The notes under the pieces: generated by a model | The model's database searches: none | The model's input: the letters and a program-made list of their open reading frames with translations, nothing else | Told to the model about the DNA's origin: nothing | From: an uncultured bacterium | GTDB taxonomy: Bacteria > Auribacterota > JAFGBW01 | Length of the DNA: 64,000 bases | Direction of reading: 5' to 3' | NCBI GenBank assembly: GCA_964443875.1 | Contig: CAYUET010000001.1 | Coordinates: forward strand, 134,992 to 198,991 | Shown: in pieces, positions 49,492 to 59,673 of the stretch | Position numbering within the stretch: position 1 is the stretch's first letter | How the letters are laid out: every line of letters starts with the position of its first letter | Made by a program: the position numbers and the translations under genes

Positions 49492-49512
49492 ATTGAGATG
49501 AAAAATCTCTGA

Positions 49513-50886
49513 TTGGGTAATATGATTTCCAAACAGTCTCAGTATTTATTTGTTAATTTCAAGAAAAGCAATTTAAAAATTCCTTTTCATAAAAGAGAAT
49601 TTAATCATATATTTCTTATCTCTGCGGATTTTCCTGCACAAAAATACGGCGAAATTCTTGAAAAAATTTTCACCTTTCAGAATATTTCTCAGCGTCCTTT
49701 GCAGATCCTGCTGGTTTTTTTTACCGGAAGCCCCCCCCCTCTTCGCAATCAGACGCCTTTACAGGCTTTATGGAATTATTTTTCATCCAAACCCGGAGGA
49801 ACGGATTCAATAATTTTTTCCCTTCTGGAAATAGGCGGGGAAAATTCTCCGGTTCAGTTTTCGGAAAGGATGCATCTGGTTTTTCAATTTTTAAAACCCA
49901 TGCGTTTTGAAAATGTTCTTTTTTACACCGCTTCAGATCCTGAACTTTTTCCTGCACAAAAAATCGGTCTTTTCCTGGAAAGTTCCCATACCAACCGTGC
50001 GGATTTTAATTTTGCCGCCTATATCCTTCCTTTTTACAAAGGAGCTATGATTAACTTCTGGATGATGCCCTTAAGCGCGTTATTCGGCCGGAAAATTCGT
50101 AATGTAGCCATTCAGGATTTTATTTTTTCAAAACATTGTCTCCAGTTCTGGCTGAAACAAAAATGGCCGGATTGCGAATATCGCGATAATCTGATTTTCT
50201 TTTTAACCCTTTCCGCTTTTACTTCCGGACTAAAAATAAATGAATTTTTTCTGGGTGAAAAAAAACAGCAGTTTGAACTGAACCCCAAAGAATCAATTGA
50301 ACTGATTCATACCGGTCTCGGGCTTGTTGAACGGTATAAAACGTTCATCAAACACTGCCTTATGCTTCTCCCCTGTCATACAAAGGGAGCCTCTTCCATT
50401 CCCTTTTCCCTGTATGACTGTGGGGATCTTTCCGTTTTTGTTAATGCCTATGAACAATCCAGATCCCCTTTTGGAAAGAACTTTTTTACTCTGGCGAAAA
50501 AAAATCTGCCTCAGAAACTATATCAGAATCTTTTTACCTATTTTCATACGACACTTACATCTGATAATGTTTTTCAGCCTGATGATTCCTGGAATATTCT
50601 TTTACTTTCGCTTATTAATCTTTATCTGCACAATAAATCCTCTGCACAGAAAGCCCGTTTGTTTGAAATTATTTTTCACCTTTTCGGATTCAAAATCCGT
50701 CACTGGGCCTCAGAGATAAAAATACTGATTCAGGCAACAAAAGAAAAAGCACAGGCAGATGAACTCCGCGGATGTCCATGGATCAATGGAGAAAAAGGAC
50801 AATTCTGGCATATTCATGACAATTACGAAAAGAAACTCAACGACTCCATTTGCCGGCTGCATTCCATGAAGACAGAGTTTTTCTAA
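49513..50886 (+). CDS. Hypothetical 457-aa protein with no recognisable motifs
   Basis: Long ORF with a plausible start 22 nt after the upstream gene. Aromatic-rich with no TM segments. No family recognised by eye. Confidence 0.35.
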   Translation: MGNMISKQSQYLFVNFKKSNLKIPFHKREFNHIFLISADFPAQKYGEILEKIFTFQNISQRPLQILLVFFTGSPPPLRNQTPLQALWNYFSSKPGGTDSIIFSLLEIGGENSPVQFSERMHLVFQFLKPMRFENVLFYTASDPELFPAQKIGLFLESSHTNRADFNFAAYILPFYKGAMINFWMMPLSALFGRKIRNVAIQDFIFSKHCLQFWLKQKWPDCEYRDNLIFFLTLSAFTSGLKINEFFLGEKKQQFELNPKESIELIHTGLGLVERYKTFIKHCLMLLPCHTKGASSIPFSLYDCGDLSVFVNAYEQSRSPFGKNFFTLAKKNLPQKLYQNLFTYFHTTLTSDNVFQPDDSWNILLLSLINLYLHNKSSAQKARLFEIIFHLFGFKIRHWASEIKILIQATKEKAQADELRGCPWINGEKGQFWHIHDNYEKKLNDSICRLHSMKTEFF

Positions 50887-51016
50887 AAGTTTTCATCTTC
50901 ACTGTCCGTTCTCTTCAAAAAAATACGTCTCTGTCAAACGGGCATGGCCCCTGTTTTTTGACGCTTTCGCGTAAAATTCGGGGTGTGATTTTTTACTCAT
51001 ATCATCCAATCCTGAT

Positions 51017-52801
51017 TCATTTAGGAGCTTCTTTTTTTCTTAAACGGATATTTTTAGGGGTAATTTCAACCAGTTCATCGTCATTGATATAGGAAATGCA
51101 TTCCTCCAGATTCATGAGTGTCGGAGGCACCAAAAGAACGTTTTCATCCGACCCTGCGGCACGGACATTGGTTAGTTTTTTACCCTTGGCCGGATTAACC
51201 ACGATATCGTTTTCACGGCAGTTTTCGCCGATAATCTGGCCGGTATAAACTGAAATTCCAGGACCTAAAAAAAGTTTACCCCTCGCCTGAAGATTGAAAA
51301 GTGCATAGGCAACAGTTTCACAGGTTGATTTATTGACCAATACACCATTTTTCCGGTTGGAGGGAATATCCCCTGCATATTCATCATAACCCCAGAAAAT
51401 ATAATTCATAACCCCCATCCCTTTGGTATCAGTCATAAAAATTGAGCGATAACCCAAAAGCCCGCGGGTTGGGATTTTATATTTTAATCGGGTCATTCCT
51501 TCGTCACTGAACATTTCAAGCATCTGAGCCTTACGCATTCCAAGTTTTTCAATCACCGGGCCCATGTAATTTTCAGAAACATCAATAATGACTTCTTCAA
51601 AAGGCTCCATTATTTTTTCACCTTCCTGATGAAAAATCACCTGAGGCGCTGTCACCTGAAGCTCATAGCCCTCTCTTCTCATTTTTTCAATCAAAACGGA
51701 AAGATGAAGCTCTCCGCGGCCCGAGACTTTAAAGCCCGGAGTCCCCTTCAGTTCTTCAACATGAAGAGCGACATCGCAAAGAATTTCCTTTTTTAAACGC
51801 TCCAGCAAATGTCTCGAGGTGCTGAAACTTCCTTCCTTTCCTGCAAACGGAGAATCATTGGGAATAAAATTCATGGTAATCGTAGGAGGATCGATTGCAA
51901 GCATAGGCAAAGGAACCGGATTTACCGGATCAGTATACGTCTCCCCGATCTGAATCGCTTCATAACCCGCTACAGCCACGATTTCGCCAAGTTCTGCAAA
52001 ATCAACCGGTTTTTTCTGGTTGCTTTCAAAGGTGTACAGTTTGGTAATTCTTGTCGCTTCTTTCTTGCCGTTGAAATCGCAAATCACAACACTCTGATTG
52101 ATCGTCGCTTTTCCTGAAGTGATTTTACCGATTCCAAGACGTCCCAAAAAAGGAGAATGATCAATGGAGCTCACCTGAAGCTGCAAAGGTCCGTTAGGAT
52201 CCCCCTTGGGATAAGGAATGGACTTTATAATTTCATCATAAAGAGGACCCAGATCTTTAGGGGAATCATGGAGGTGTTTCAAGGCATAACCGTCTTTTGC
52301 TGATGCAAAAATGATAGGAAAATCCAGAATATGATCCGGAGCTTTGAGCTGAACGAAAAGATCAAAAACCTGATCCACCACCCATTCAGGCCGCGCGTTA
52401 GGCTTATCGATTTTATTAATGACCACGATGATCGGAAGCATGCGGGCCAGGGCTTTTTTCAAAACAAAATAGGTTTGAGGCATCGGCCCTTCCTGCGCAT
52501 CCACAAGAAGCAGGGCCCCATCAACCATTTGCAATACCCGTTCAACCTGACCGCCAAAATCAGCATGTCCTGGAGTATCTACAATATTAAAAAGATGATC
52601 TTTATATTTAAAAGACCCGTTTTTGGAGGCAATGGTAATCCCGCGTTCACGTTCCTGATCCATAGAGTCCATCAGGCGTTCTTCCACCACCTGATTATCA
52701 CGAAACATTCCGCTTTGTTTAAACAGTTTATCTACCAGGGTTGTCTTTCCATGGTCAACGTGAGCGATAATCGCTATATTTCTAATCTGGGTCTGCAACA
52801 T
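51017..52801 (-). CDS. typA: Translational GTPase TypA/BipA
   Basis: 594 aa. G1 AHVDHGKTTLVD. G3 DTPGHADF. NKIDK. EF-G-like domain order. Confidence 0.9.
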   Translation of the reverse strand: MLQTQIRNIAIIAHVDHGKTTLVDKLFKQSGMFRDNQVVEERLMDSMDQERERGITIASKNGSFKYKDHLFNIVDTPGHADFGGQVERVLQMVDGALLLVDAQEGPMPQTYFVLKKALARMLPIIVVINKIDKPNARPEWVVDQVFDLFVQLKAPDHILDFPIIFASAKDGYALKHLHDSPKDLGPLYDEIIKSIPYPKGDPNGPLQLQVSSIDHSPFLGRLGIGKITSGKATINQSVVICDFNGKKEATRITKLYTFESNQKKPVDFAELGEIVAVAGYEAIQIGETYTDPVNPVPLPMLAIDPPTITMNFIPNDSPFAGKEGSFSTSRHLLERLKKEILCDVALHVEELKGTPGFKVSGRGELHLSVLIEKMRREGYELQVTAPQVIFHQEGEKIMEPFEEVIIDVSENYMGPVIEKLGMRKAQMLEMFSDEGMTRLKYKIPTRGLLGYRSIFMTDTKGMGVMNYIFWGYDEYAGDIPSNRKNGVLVNKSTCETVAYALFNLQARGKLFLGPGISVYTGQIIGENCRENDIVVNPAKGKKLTNVRAAGSDENVLLVPPTLMNLEECISYINDDELVEITPKNIRLRKKEAPK

Positions 52802-53011
52802 ATATAAATCCTCGGCTTTCTTTGTAAAAAAGGCGCTATATATACTAAATCTGAGTTTTTTGGCTAGTCTTTTCTGAATAAATATGTGTTATATTAAAGT
52901 TTAATATTTATAACACAGGTTAAATAATTGATTAGGGAATATCTGATTTTCTGTTTTTATCAACAGCTCCAAAATATTTAATCTTTCATTAACAGGATTC
53001 AGAGGAATATT

Positions 53012-53299
53012 TTATTTTTCGGTGAGTATGGCGATTCCTTTTTCCGAAAGGGTATAAAAAGGTTCTGTCTCATAAAAATTGGAGCTGAGGCCTGGAACGA
53101 TTATAAAATCCAAAGTCAGGCGGTGCAGATCTTCCAGTATTAATTTCCTGTCCAGAGACCCTGTTGCTGTGCAGAAATCTTCAACCTTATGTTCAAAAAA
53201 TTCCGCCACATCCTGCCTGTGAAAACTCATTTTCTTTTCCTGAAGAACCTTTTCCTTTAAAAATCTCAATATTTCGGCCCTTATTTTTGCCTGTTCCAT
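53012..53299 (-). CDS. Hypothetical small protein (95 aa)
   Basis: ORF only. Co-directional with and 26 nt downstream of the glycosyltransferase gene. Confidence 0.3.
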   Translation of the reverse strand: MEQAKIRAEILRFLKEKVLQEKKMSFHRQDVAEFFEHKVEDFCTATGSLDRKLILEDLHRLTLDFIIVPGLSSNFYETEPFYTLSEKGIAILTEK

Positions 53300-53324
53300 A
53301 TTTTTTATTCCTTATTCGGGTTAA

Positions 53325-54296
53325 TTATTGAAAATGAAAAAAATCCCGTTCCTGCTTCAAATCCAGAGATTCAAGCCATTCCTGAATAATTTCTCTGCTT
53401 CCACGGGTCATAAGGGCATTGATCAAAAAAGGCTTGTCTTTGAGAATTTCAAAAGTCTCTCTGCTGATGACAGGACGGTTATAAATCTCTTTTCCAATTT
53501 TTTTTGGATCAATATCAATAAACCCTTTTAAAGAATAGCCTTTCCGGATAAGCCATCTGGCCATTTTTCTTCCCCCTTCACCCGCTCCGATAATCATAAA
53601 GGGAGTTTCCCTGTTTAACGGAAAATATTCCGTTTTTAAAGCCCGAAAGGCTTCTTCAGCATAGCGTTTGTCCTTTCTTGAAAGACGTGTTGGGGAATCC
53701 CTCCAGTACAGCAGTGTTTCTGGAACCCTGCCCAGAGCGCAGGCTTTATGTGAACGCAGAAAAAATTCATAATCCTCAGGAAAATCCCCCTCTTTATAAA
53801 ATCCATTTTTTATATAAACACTCCGCTTGAGCATCCATGTCGGATGAATCATAGGGCATTCGATGTATCTTGAAAGGCTGAGATCCGTCAAAGAATTATG
53901 CCAGGCCACATACGCCTGATAGCCTTTATTATCGTTGCTTCCACCGAAAAGTTCAACATTACAGGAAACCCAATCCAGTTTATTCGACTCGGCATATTCA
54001 AACTGCTTTTCAAGACGATCAGGAGCCATGAGGTCATCCCCGTCAAACCGTGCGATCCAGGTTGCAGAACATAGCTCCAGCCCTTTGTTCAGGGCATGAA
54101 CAATACCTTTATGAACCAGCCTGTGAATTTCAATGCGGGAATCCTTGGGAAGCCCTTCCAGGGAATCATCTGTCGAACCGTCATCCATCACAACCACCCT
54201 AAAATCCTTAAAACTCTGTGATAATAATGATTTTAATGCTTCTGAAAGATAAGGGCCGTTGTTATAGTTTGGTAAAAGAACATCAATCAAAGCCAT
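53325..54296 (-). CDS. Family-2 glycosyltransferase
   Basis: 323 aa. IDVLLPNYNNGPYL...VVVMDDGSTDDS (DxD/DDG region) and a downstream FDGDD motif are typical of GT2. Confidence 0.7.
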   Translation of the reverse strand: MALIDVLLPNYNNGPYLSEALKSLLSQSFKDFRVVVMDDGSTDDSLEGLPKDSRIEIHRLVHKGIVHALNKGLELCSATWIARFDGDDLMAPDRLEKQFEYAESNKLDWVSCNVELFGGSNDNKGYQAYVAWHNSLTDLSLSRYIECPMIHPTWMLKRSVYIKNGFYKEGDFPEDYEFFLRSHKACALGRVPETLLYWRDSPTRLSRKDKRYAEEAFRALKTEYFPLNRETPFMIIGAGEGGRKMARWLIRKGYSLKGFIDIDPKKIGKEIYNRPVISRETFEILKDKPFLINALMTRGSREIIQEWLESLDLKQERDFFHFQ

Positions 54297-54316
54297 GAGA
54301 GCTGTTTTGTCCTGGT

Positions 54317-55549
54317 TTATTGAGACATGGAGGAAATGAGAGAAACCAGCGGTAAAAACATGGCAATCACAATAAACCCTACAATGCCGGCCAGGGTAAT
54401 AATCAGAGCAGGTTCAATAAGCGAGGTTACCGCAGACACGGCTGAATCTACATCATCTTCATAGCTCTCAGCAATCTTGATGAGCATTTCAGACATGCGC
54501 CCTGTTTCTTCACCGACACTCACCATGCTGAGCACCATGGGAGGAAAAATATTCGCCTGGGTCAGAGGATGAACCATGGACTCCCCTTCCTTCAGATTAT
54601 CATGAACAAGGGTAATCGCGTTTTCAACAACAGCATTTCCGACTGTCTCACGGGTGATATTCAGGGCTTCCAAAATCTGAACACCGCTGTTAATCAGGGT
54701 TCCAAGAGTACGGGTGAATCGGGATACAGCCACTTTGCTGAACAAATCGCCAATGACGGGCATTTTATAGAGTATGGAGTGAACCATGTGTCTTCCTGCT
54801 TTATTGGCCATGGTAAATCTGAAAGCCACAACAACAGCGGCCAGAAAAACAAAAGGGAGATACCATTGATTCCGGATAAAACCGCTCATATCGATCAGAA
54901 ACTGGGTCATAAAGGGAAGCTGAAGATCCATTTCCAGAAACATCTTGGAAAATTTAGGAATAATGAACACAATCAGCCCATAGACAACAACCCCTGCAAC
55001 CAAAAGAACGAAAGAAGGATACACCATGGAAGATTTGACCTTCTTCTTCAATTTTGAACTTTTTTCATAATAGTCTGCCATCTGAAGCAGAACCTTGTCA
55101 AGAACGCCTCCGACTTCACCGGCATGGATCATGTTGATAAACAAAGGGGAAAAAACATCTTCATAATCCTTCATGGAGACTGAAAGGGAATTTCCGCTTT
55201 CAACGGAATCAGAAATGTTTTTTAAAACAGTACCCATGGGCCTGTTTTTGTTCTGTTTTTCAAGGACTCTCAGCCCCCTTAAAATGGGGAGTCCGGCATC
55301 GACAAGGGTTGCAAACTGACGCATGAAGGTCACCAGGTCTTTTTCTTTTACCTTTTTAAAAAAACTGAAAAAACTTTTATCCAGGATAGGCGCGGAGGAT
55401 GTTTTGGTTTCTTTTCCTTCAGTGACGGATGTGGGAAAATAACCCATTTCCCGGATCTTATTAATGGCGCTTATTTTAGATTCCGAAGTAATAGATCCTG
55501 AAATTTCCTTCCCCTTGTTATCCATGGCTTCATAAAAGAATTCAGGCAT
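54317..55549 (-). CDS. pilC: Type II secretion / type IV pilus platform protein (GspF/PilC family)
   Basis: 410 aa. Two repeated T2SSF domains with three TM helices. Typical GspF/PilC layout and the LPLV..L-type C-terminus. Confidence 0.7.
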   Translation of the reverse strand: MPEFFYEAMDNKGKEISGSITSESKISAINKIREMGYFPTSVTEGKETKTSSAPILDKSFFSFFKKVKEKDLVTFMRQFATLVDAGLPILRGLRVLEKQNKNRPMGTVLKNISDSVESGNSLSVSMKDYEDVFSPLFINMIHAGEVGGVLDKVLLQMADYYEKSSKLKKKVKSSMVYPSFVLLVAGVVVYGLIVFIIPKFSKMFLEMDLQLPFMTQFLIDMSGFIRNQWYLPFVFLAAVVVAFRFTMANKAGRHMVHSILYKMPVIGDLFSKVAVSRFTRTLGTLINSGVQILEALNITRETVGNAVVENAITLVHDNLKEGESMVHPLTQANIFPPMVLSMVSVGEETGRMSEMLIKIAESYEDDVDSAVSAVTSLIEPALIITLAGIVGFIVIAMFLPLVSLISSMSQ

Positions 55550-55630
55550 AAAATTTATCCTTTGCGTTTAGAGTCAAAGTTTTAATTTATAACTTTATAT
55601 AATCATTCTGCATTTTTGTTAATAATAAAA

Positions 55631-56815
55631 TTATTTTCCGTATTTTTTTGTATCCGGAACAAAAGCCAGCATAACCATTCCTGCGAGGGTTAAAACAAGA
55701 GAAAAAATAAAGGGGGCAGGAGCCCCCCATTTCTCCCAAAGTACACCGGCTAAAAAGGAAGCAGGCAGGGCACAGACACCAACAATCATTTGAAATCCGC
55801 CAAGAATGCTCGCCCTGTATTCCTCCGGGGCCATTTCCGCAACCATGGTCTTCTGGCTTGGTTCCAAAGCCGCCTTGTGTAAGCCGTAAAAAACAAAATA
55901 AAGAATAATCATCCAGGTGCTTCTAAACAGCAGAAAGCCAAGGCATAAAACCATCCAAAACAAATAGGCAATCATCAAAACCTGTTTTCTTCCGATTTTA
56001 TCGGCCAGTTTTCCGAAAGGGAGGGCAAAAAAAGCGGCTGAAAGCGTATAGATAAGGTAAAGTGCCGGAATAAAGGCCGTTTTAATCCCGGTTTCATGGG
56101 CATAGAGAAGCAGAAACGAATACGTGAAGGCCCCCAGAGATAAAAAAATATTCAAAAAGAAAAAGAATTTCAGATTCCTGTTGAGATTACGGAGGGAAAG
56201 TCCCTTATAAATTCCGGATTTGACAGGTTTCTCTTCAATATTTTTGATAATAAAAATCACTCCGATAAGTGAAGGTACGGCCGAAAGAATAAACAGATTT
56301 CTGTACCCCAGATATTTAAACAGAACAAGGCAGAGTATAATTCCAACAACAGCCCCCCAATGATCCATGGTCTTTAAAAATCCAAAATTCTTCGCCCTGT
56401 TATCCCGGCTGGATAGTTCCGCAATAAGCGCATCTCGGGGAGCAGAACGGATTTTCCCGACTCTGTCGAGCACTTTAAAAGGAATCAGCATGAGCCACAC
56501 CGTGCTCAAGGCATATCCGATCCTTGAAACTGCACTGAAAAAATATCCTGTCCAGACAAAGATTTTTCTTTTCTGCGTTTTATCAGACCAGTATCCGGAA
56601 ACAACTTTGGCAACGGAAACAATGGCTTCGCCCAAACCGTCGACAAAGCCGAGTGCCGCCATATTGGCGTGCAGAACATTACTGATGAATAAAGGCCAGA
56701 TGGGGTAAATCATATCTGACCCCATATCGTTTAAAAAAGACGCCCATCCGAAAGTATGTATGATTTTTTTAGATTTTTTTTCTTCTTCAGAAACGTTATT
56801 ATTATTGGAAGTCAC
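55631..56815 (-). CDS. MFS transporter
   Basis: 394 aa. ~12 hydrophobic helices. MFS-like loop motif between TM2 and TM3 (GYWSDKTQKRKIF). Confidence 0.65.
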   Translation of the reverse strand: MTSNNNNVSEEEKKSKKIIHTFGWASFLNDMGSDMIYPIWPLFISNVLHANMAALGFVDGLGEAIVSVAKVVSGYWSDKTQKRKIFVWTGYFFSAVSRIGYALSTVWLMLIPFKVLDRVGKIRSAPRDALIAELSSRDNRAKNFGFLKTMDHWGAVVGIILCLVLFKYLGYRNLFILSAVPSLIGVIFIIKNIEEKPVKSGIYKGLSLRNLNRNLKFFFFLNIFLSLGAFTYSFLLLYAHETGIKTAFIPALYLIYTLSAAFFALPFGKLADKIGRKQVLMIAYLFWMVLCLGFLLFRSTWMIILYFVFYGLHKAALEPSQKTMVAEMAPEEYRASILGGFQMIVGVCALPASFLAGVLWEKWGAPAPFIFSLVLTLAGMVMLAFVPDTKKYGK

Positions 56816-56930
56816 AATTATTTTATCTCAAAAAAGTATTTACTCATTTTGTTTAATAGGATTAACATTAAAGCTTCCTGAAAAATAAGTAAATTTTTAT
56901 AATTGTCAAATTCAATTAGGAGTATCGGGA

Positions 56931-57935
56931 ATGATTATCGGATTAACTGGAAAAAACGGTTCAGGCAAAGGAACGGTTGCTGAAATATTAAAATCACGGG
57001 GTTTCCAATATTATTCCCTGTCAGACTCGCTGAGAAATGAACTGAACAGACAAAAAAAAGCCATTACCCGTGAAGCCCTCATTGAAACGGGCAACAGACT
57101 CAGACAGGATTTTGGGCCTTCTGTGCTTGCCGATCGCATTATTGAAAAAATTGATCCGGATAAAAATTATGTCATTGACTCCATCCGCAATCCCTTTGAA
57201 GTCAAAAATCTTCAAAAGATAAAAGGTTTTTTTCTGTTTGCCGTGGAGGCCCCTGTCAACATCCGTTTTGAACGCTGCAGAAAAAGAGCCCGTGAAGGGG
57301 CCGAAATGACCCTTGCTGAATTTAAAAAAATTGAGGCCAGGGAAGTTAAAAGTGCTGATCCCCATGCCCAGCAGCTGAAAGCCACTATTCATCTTGCGGA
57401 TTTTATTGTCAAAAACGGAAGCACCCTTGATAAACTTGAAAAACTGGTGATCGACTATTTAAAAAAAATTGTTTCCAGTGTAAAACGTCCGGGATGGGAT
57501 GAATACTTCATGAATATCGCCCGTGTCGTGGCACAGCGCTCAAACTGCGTCAAAAGACATGTTGCTGCCATCATTGTCAAAGACAAACGCATCATTTCCA
57601 CAGGGTATAACGGTACTCCCCGAGGTGTTAAAAACTGCAACGAAGGCGGCTGCCCCCGCTGCAACAGCTTTGGCCATTCCGGAGCAAACCTCGGAGAATG
57701 TCTTTGTTCCCATGCCGAAGAAAATTCCATCACCCAGGCTGCCTATCATGGGGTTTCCATCAAAGGGGCCTCCATCTATACCACTTTTTCGCCCTGCCTG
57801 ACCTGTACCAAGATGATTATTAATTCAGGCATTGCAGAAGTGATTTATGACTCCGAATATTCGCTGAGCCGGATCGAACTGGCACTCCTTAAGGAAGCCG
57901 GAATTAAAGTCCGTTCCATCAAACGCATGAATTAA
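56931..57935 (+). CDS. Fusion of a P-loop (d)NMP-kinase-like domain with a dCMP/cytidine deaminase domain (ComEB-type)
   Basis: 334 aa. N-terminus MIIGLTGKNGSGKGTVAEIL (Walker A) followed by a ~170-aa kinase-like fold. C-terminal zinc-deaminase motifs CSHAEENSI and PCLTCTKMI. Confidence 0.7.
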   Translation: MIIGLTGKNGSGKGTVAEILKSRGFQYYSLSDSLRNELNRQKKAITREALIETGNRLRQDFGPSVLADRIIEKIDPDKNYVIDSIRNPFEVKNLQKIKGFFLFAVEAPVNIRFERCRKRAREGAEMTLAEFKKIEAREVKSADPHAQQLKATIHLADFIVKNGSTLDKLEKLVIDYLKKIVSSVKRPGWDEYFMNIARVVAQRSNCVKRHVAAIIVKDKRIISTGYNGTPRGVKNCNEGGCPRCNSFGHSGANLGECLCSHAEENSITQAAYHGVSIKGASIYTTFSPCLTCTKMIINSGIAEVIYDSEYSLSRIELALLKEAGIKVRSIKRMN

Positions 57936-57945
57936 GTTCTTATAC

Positions 57946-58995
57946 ATGGAATACTGTCTTGATTCATTTGATTATCCTCTTCCGGAGGAATTGATTGCCC
58001 AGAATCCCCCTTCAACGCGTGGAGATTCCAGGCTGCTGATTGCTTTGAATCAGGATTATCGGATTTCACCTTTTAAAGACATTCTTAATCATCTGGATGA
58101 AAAGGATGTCCTGGTCGTGAATATATCCCGAGTGATTAAATCCAGGATTTTTGGTGTCTGTGAAAGAACAGGAAAAAGACATGAAATGCTTTTTGTTCAC
58201 AGAAATCCGGACAGTTCATGGAAGGCCATGCTCTTTAATGCTAAAAAAATAAAGGAGAATGACCGGCTGATTCTGGACGAAGACTGCAGGGTCAGGCTGC
58301 TTAAAAAAGAAATGCATCTTAACCATGTGGCCATTGAGGGGAATAAAGACCTTATGACGGTTCTGGAGGAGAAAGGATTGATCCCCCTTCCTCCTTATAT
58401 CGTCAGGCCCAACAAACAGCATACGGCTGAAGATGCTGTCCGCTATCAGACCGTCTACTCCAAAGACAAGGGGTCCTGCGCAGCTCCAACCGCAGGGCTT
58501 CATTTTACCGACGAGTTGATCTCCTCGATTAAAAAGAAAGGTGTAGAAATAAAAGAAGTCCTGCTTCACGTCGGCCCCGGAACTTTTCTCCCTGTAAAAA
58601 CCCAGGATATCCGGGAACACACCATGCACAGTGAATGGATTGAGGTTTCGCAGGAAACAGCCGATGCACTCAACACAGCCACGGGCAGAAAAAAAAGAAT
58701 TGTCTGCGTGGGAACAACCTCCCTTCGCTCTCTGGAATCCTGTTATAAAGATGGACGAATTGCTGCCTTTAAGGGTTTTACCGATATTTACATACATCCG
58801 CCGAGAATCATCCAGAGTGCAGACAGACTGATCACCAATTTTCACCAGCCCAAATCCACACTCATGATGCTGGTGAGCGCTTTTAGCGGGAATGCTTTTA
58901 TTAAAAAGGCCTATGCCTATGCCATTCAGAATAAAATGCTTTTTTTTTCATACGGAGATGCGTTGCTTCTTCAGAATCAGTTTAAATCCAGTTAA
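57946..58995 (+). CDS. queA: S-adenosylmethionine:tRNA ribosyltransferase-isomerase
   Basis: 349 aa. FDYPLPEELIAQ N-terminus, PLPPYI, and GLHFTDELI motifs are typical QueA. Confidence 0.85.
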   Translation: MEYCLDSFDYPLPEELIAQNPPSTRGDSRLLIALNQDYRISPFKDILNHLDEKDVLVVNISRVIKSRIFGVCERTGKRHEMLFVHRNPDSSWKAMLFNAKKIKENDRLILDEDCRVRLLKKEMHLNHVAIEGNKDLMTVLEEKGLIPLPPYIVRPNKQHTAEDAVRYQTVYSKDKGSCAAPTAGLHFTDELISSIKKKGVEIKEVLLHVGPGTFLPVKTQDIREHTMHSEWIEVSQETADALNTATGRKKRIVCVGTTSLRSLESCYKDGRIAAFKGFTDIYIHPPRIIQSADRLITNFHQPKSTLMMLVSAFSGNAFIKKAYAYAIQNKMLFFSYGDALLLQNQFKSS

Positions 58996-59052
58996 ATCGA
59001 TCCTGAAATTTTCTCGACACCCGGAAAACTTTTGCGTTATCCTTAAGATCAA

Positions 59053-59667
59053 ATGAAAATTAAAGGATTTACTCTCATCGAAGTTCTTGTCGTTATTTCA
59101 ATTCTTGTCATACTTATTTCTCTTTTTCTGAAAAACCTTTCCGGAATTCAGACGAATGCCCTGAAAACTGTCTGCGCAAAGAATATAAAAGTTCTTACTC
59201 AAAACTTATGTCTTTATACTTCCCAATACGAAGGCTATTTAAAAAACTGCACACAGACAACACCAGCTTCTGATATCTACGGATATCTTTTCAGAAGAGA
59301 CGGATGGAATGATCTTAAAAATCTGATTTGTCCCTGTGCTGAAAATCAAACACTCCCAACCACCCCGAATGGATATGGATCCCCCCTGAAATTACCTGAA
59401 GGAGTCACCCTTTCAGATTACTGGATTGTTTTTTCCGGAAATGCTGATCCAAAATTCATAAACACTTTTACCGTCCCTGCCACCAATACCCTTATCATTG
59501 AAAAATTCAATACCGTAACGAACACATGGGATTCAACCTGTAATCATAAAACCGGCGGGAATATCGGACGGCTGAACGGAAGTGCTGAATACGCAACCGT
59601 AATTCCTTTCAATAAAAGCTTAACCGGAACAAAGGTTGAAATTAAAGGTGAAAACTGTGCAAAATAA
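59053..59667 (+). CDS. Prepilin-type N-terminal cleavage/methylation domain protein (type IV pilin or pseudopilin-like)
   Basis: 204 aa. N-terminus MKIKGFTLIEVLVVISILVILISLFL is the class-III signal peptide (G|FTLIE) plus hydrophobic helix. Confidence 0.7.
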   Translation: MKIKGFTLIEVLVVISILVILISLFLKNLSGIQTNALKTVCAKNIKVLTQNLCLYTSQYEGYLKNCTQTTPASDIYGYLFRRDGWNDLKNLICPCAENQTLPTTPNGYGSPLKLPEGVTLSDYWIVFSGNADPKFINTFTVPATNTLIIEKFNTVTNTWDSTCNHKTGGNIGRLNGSAEYATVIPFNKSLTGTKVEIKGENCAK

Positions 59668-59673
59668 AACAAC

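Noticed and set aside
59000-59052. Sigma-54 promoter upstream of the prepilin-like gene (CGGAAAACTTTTGCG)
   Set aside because: GG and GC elements are present but the spacing is GG-N9-GC, one nucleotide short of the -24/-12 geometry. Not convincing without TSS data.
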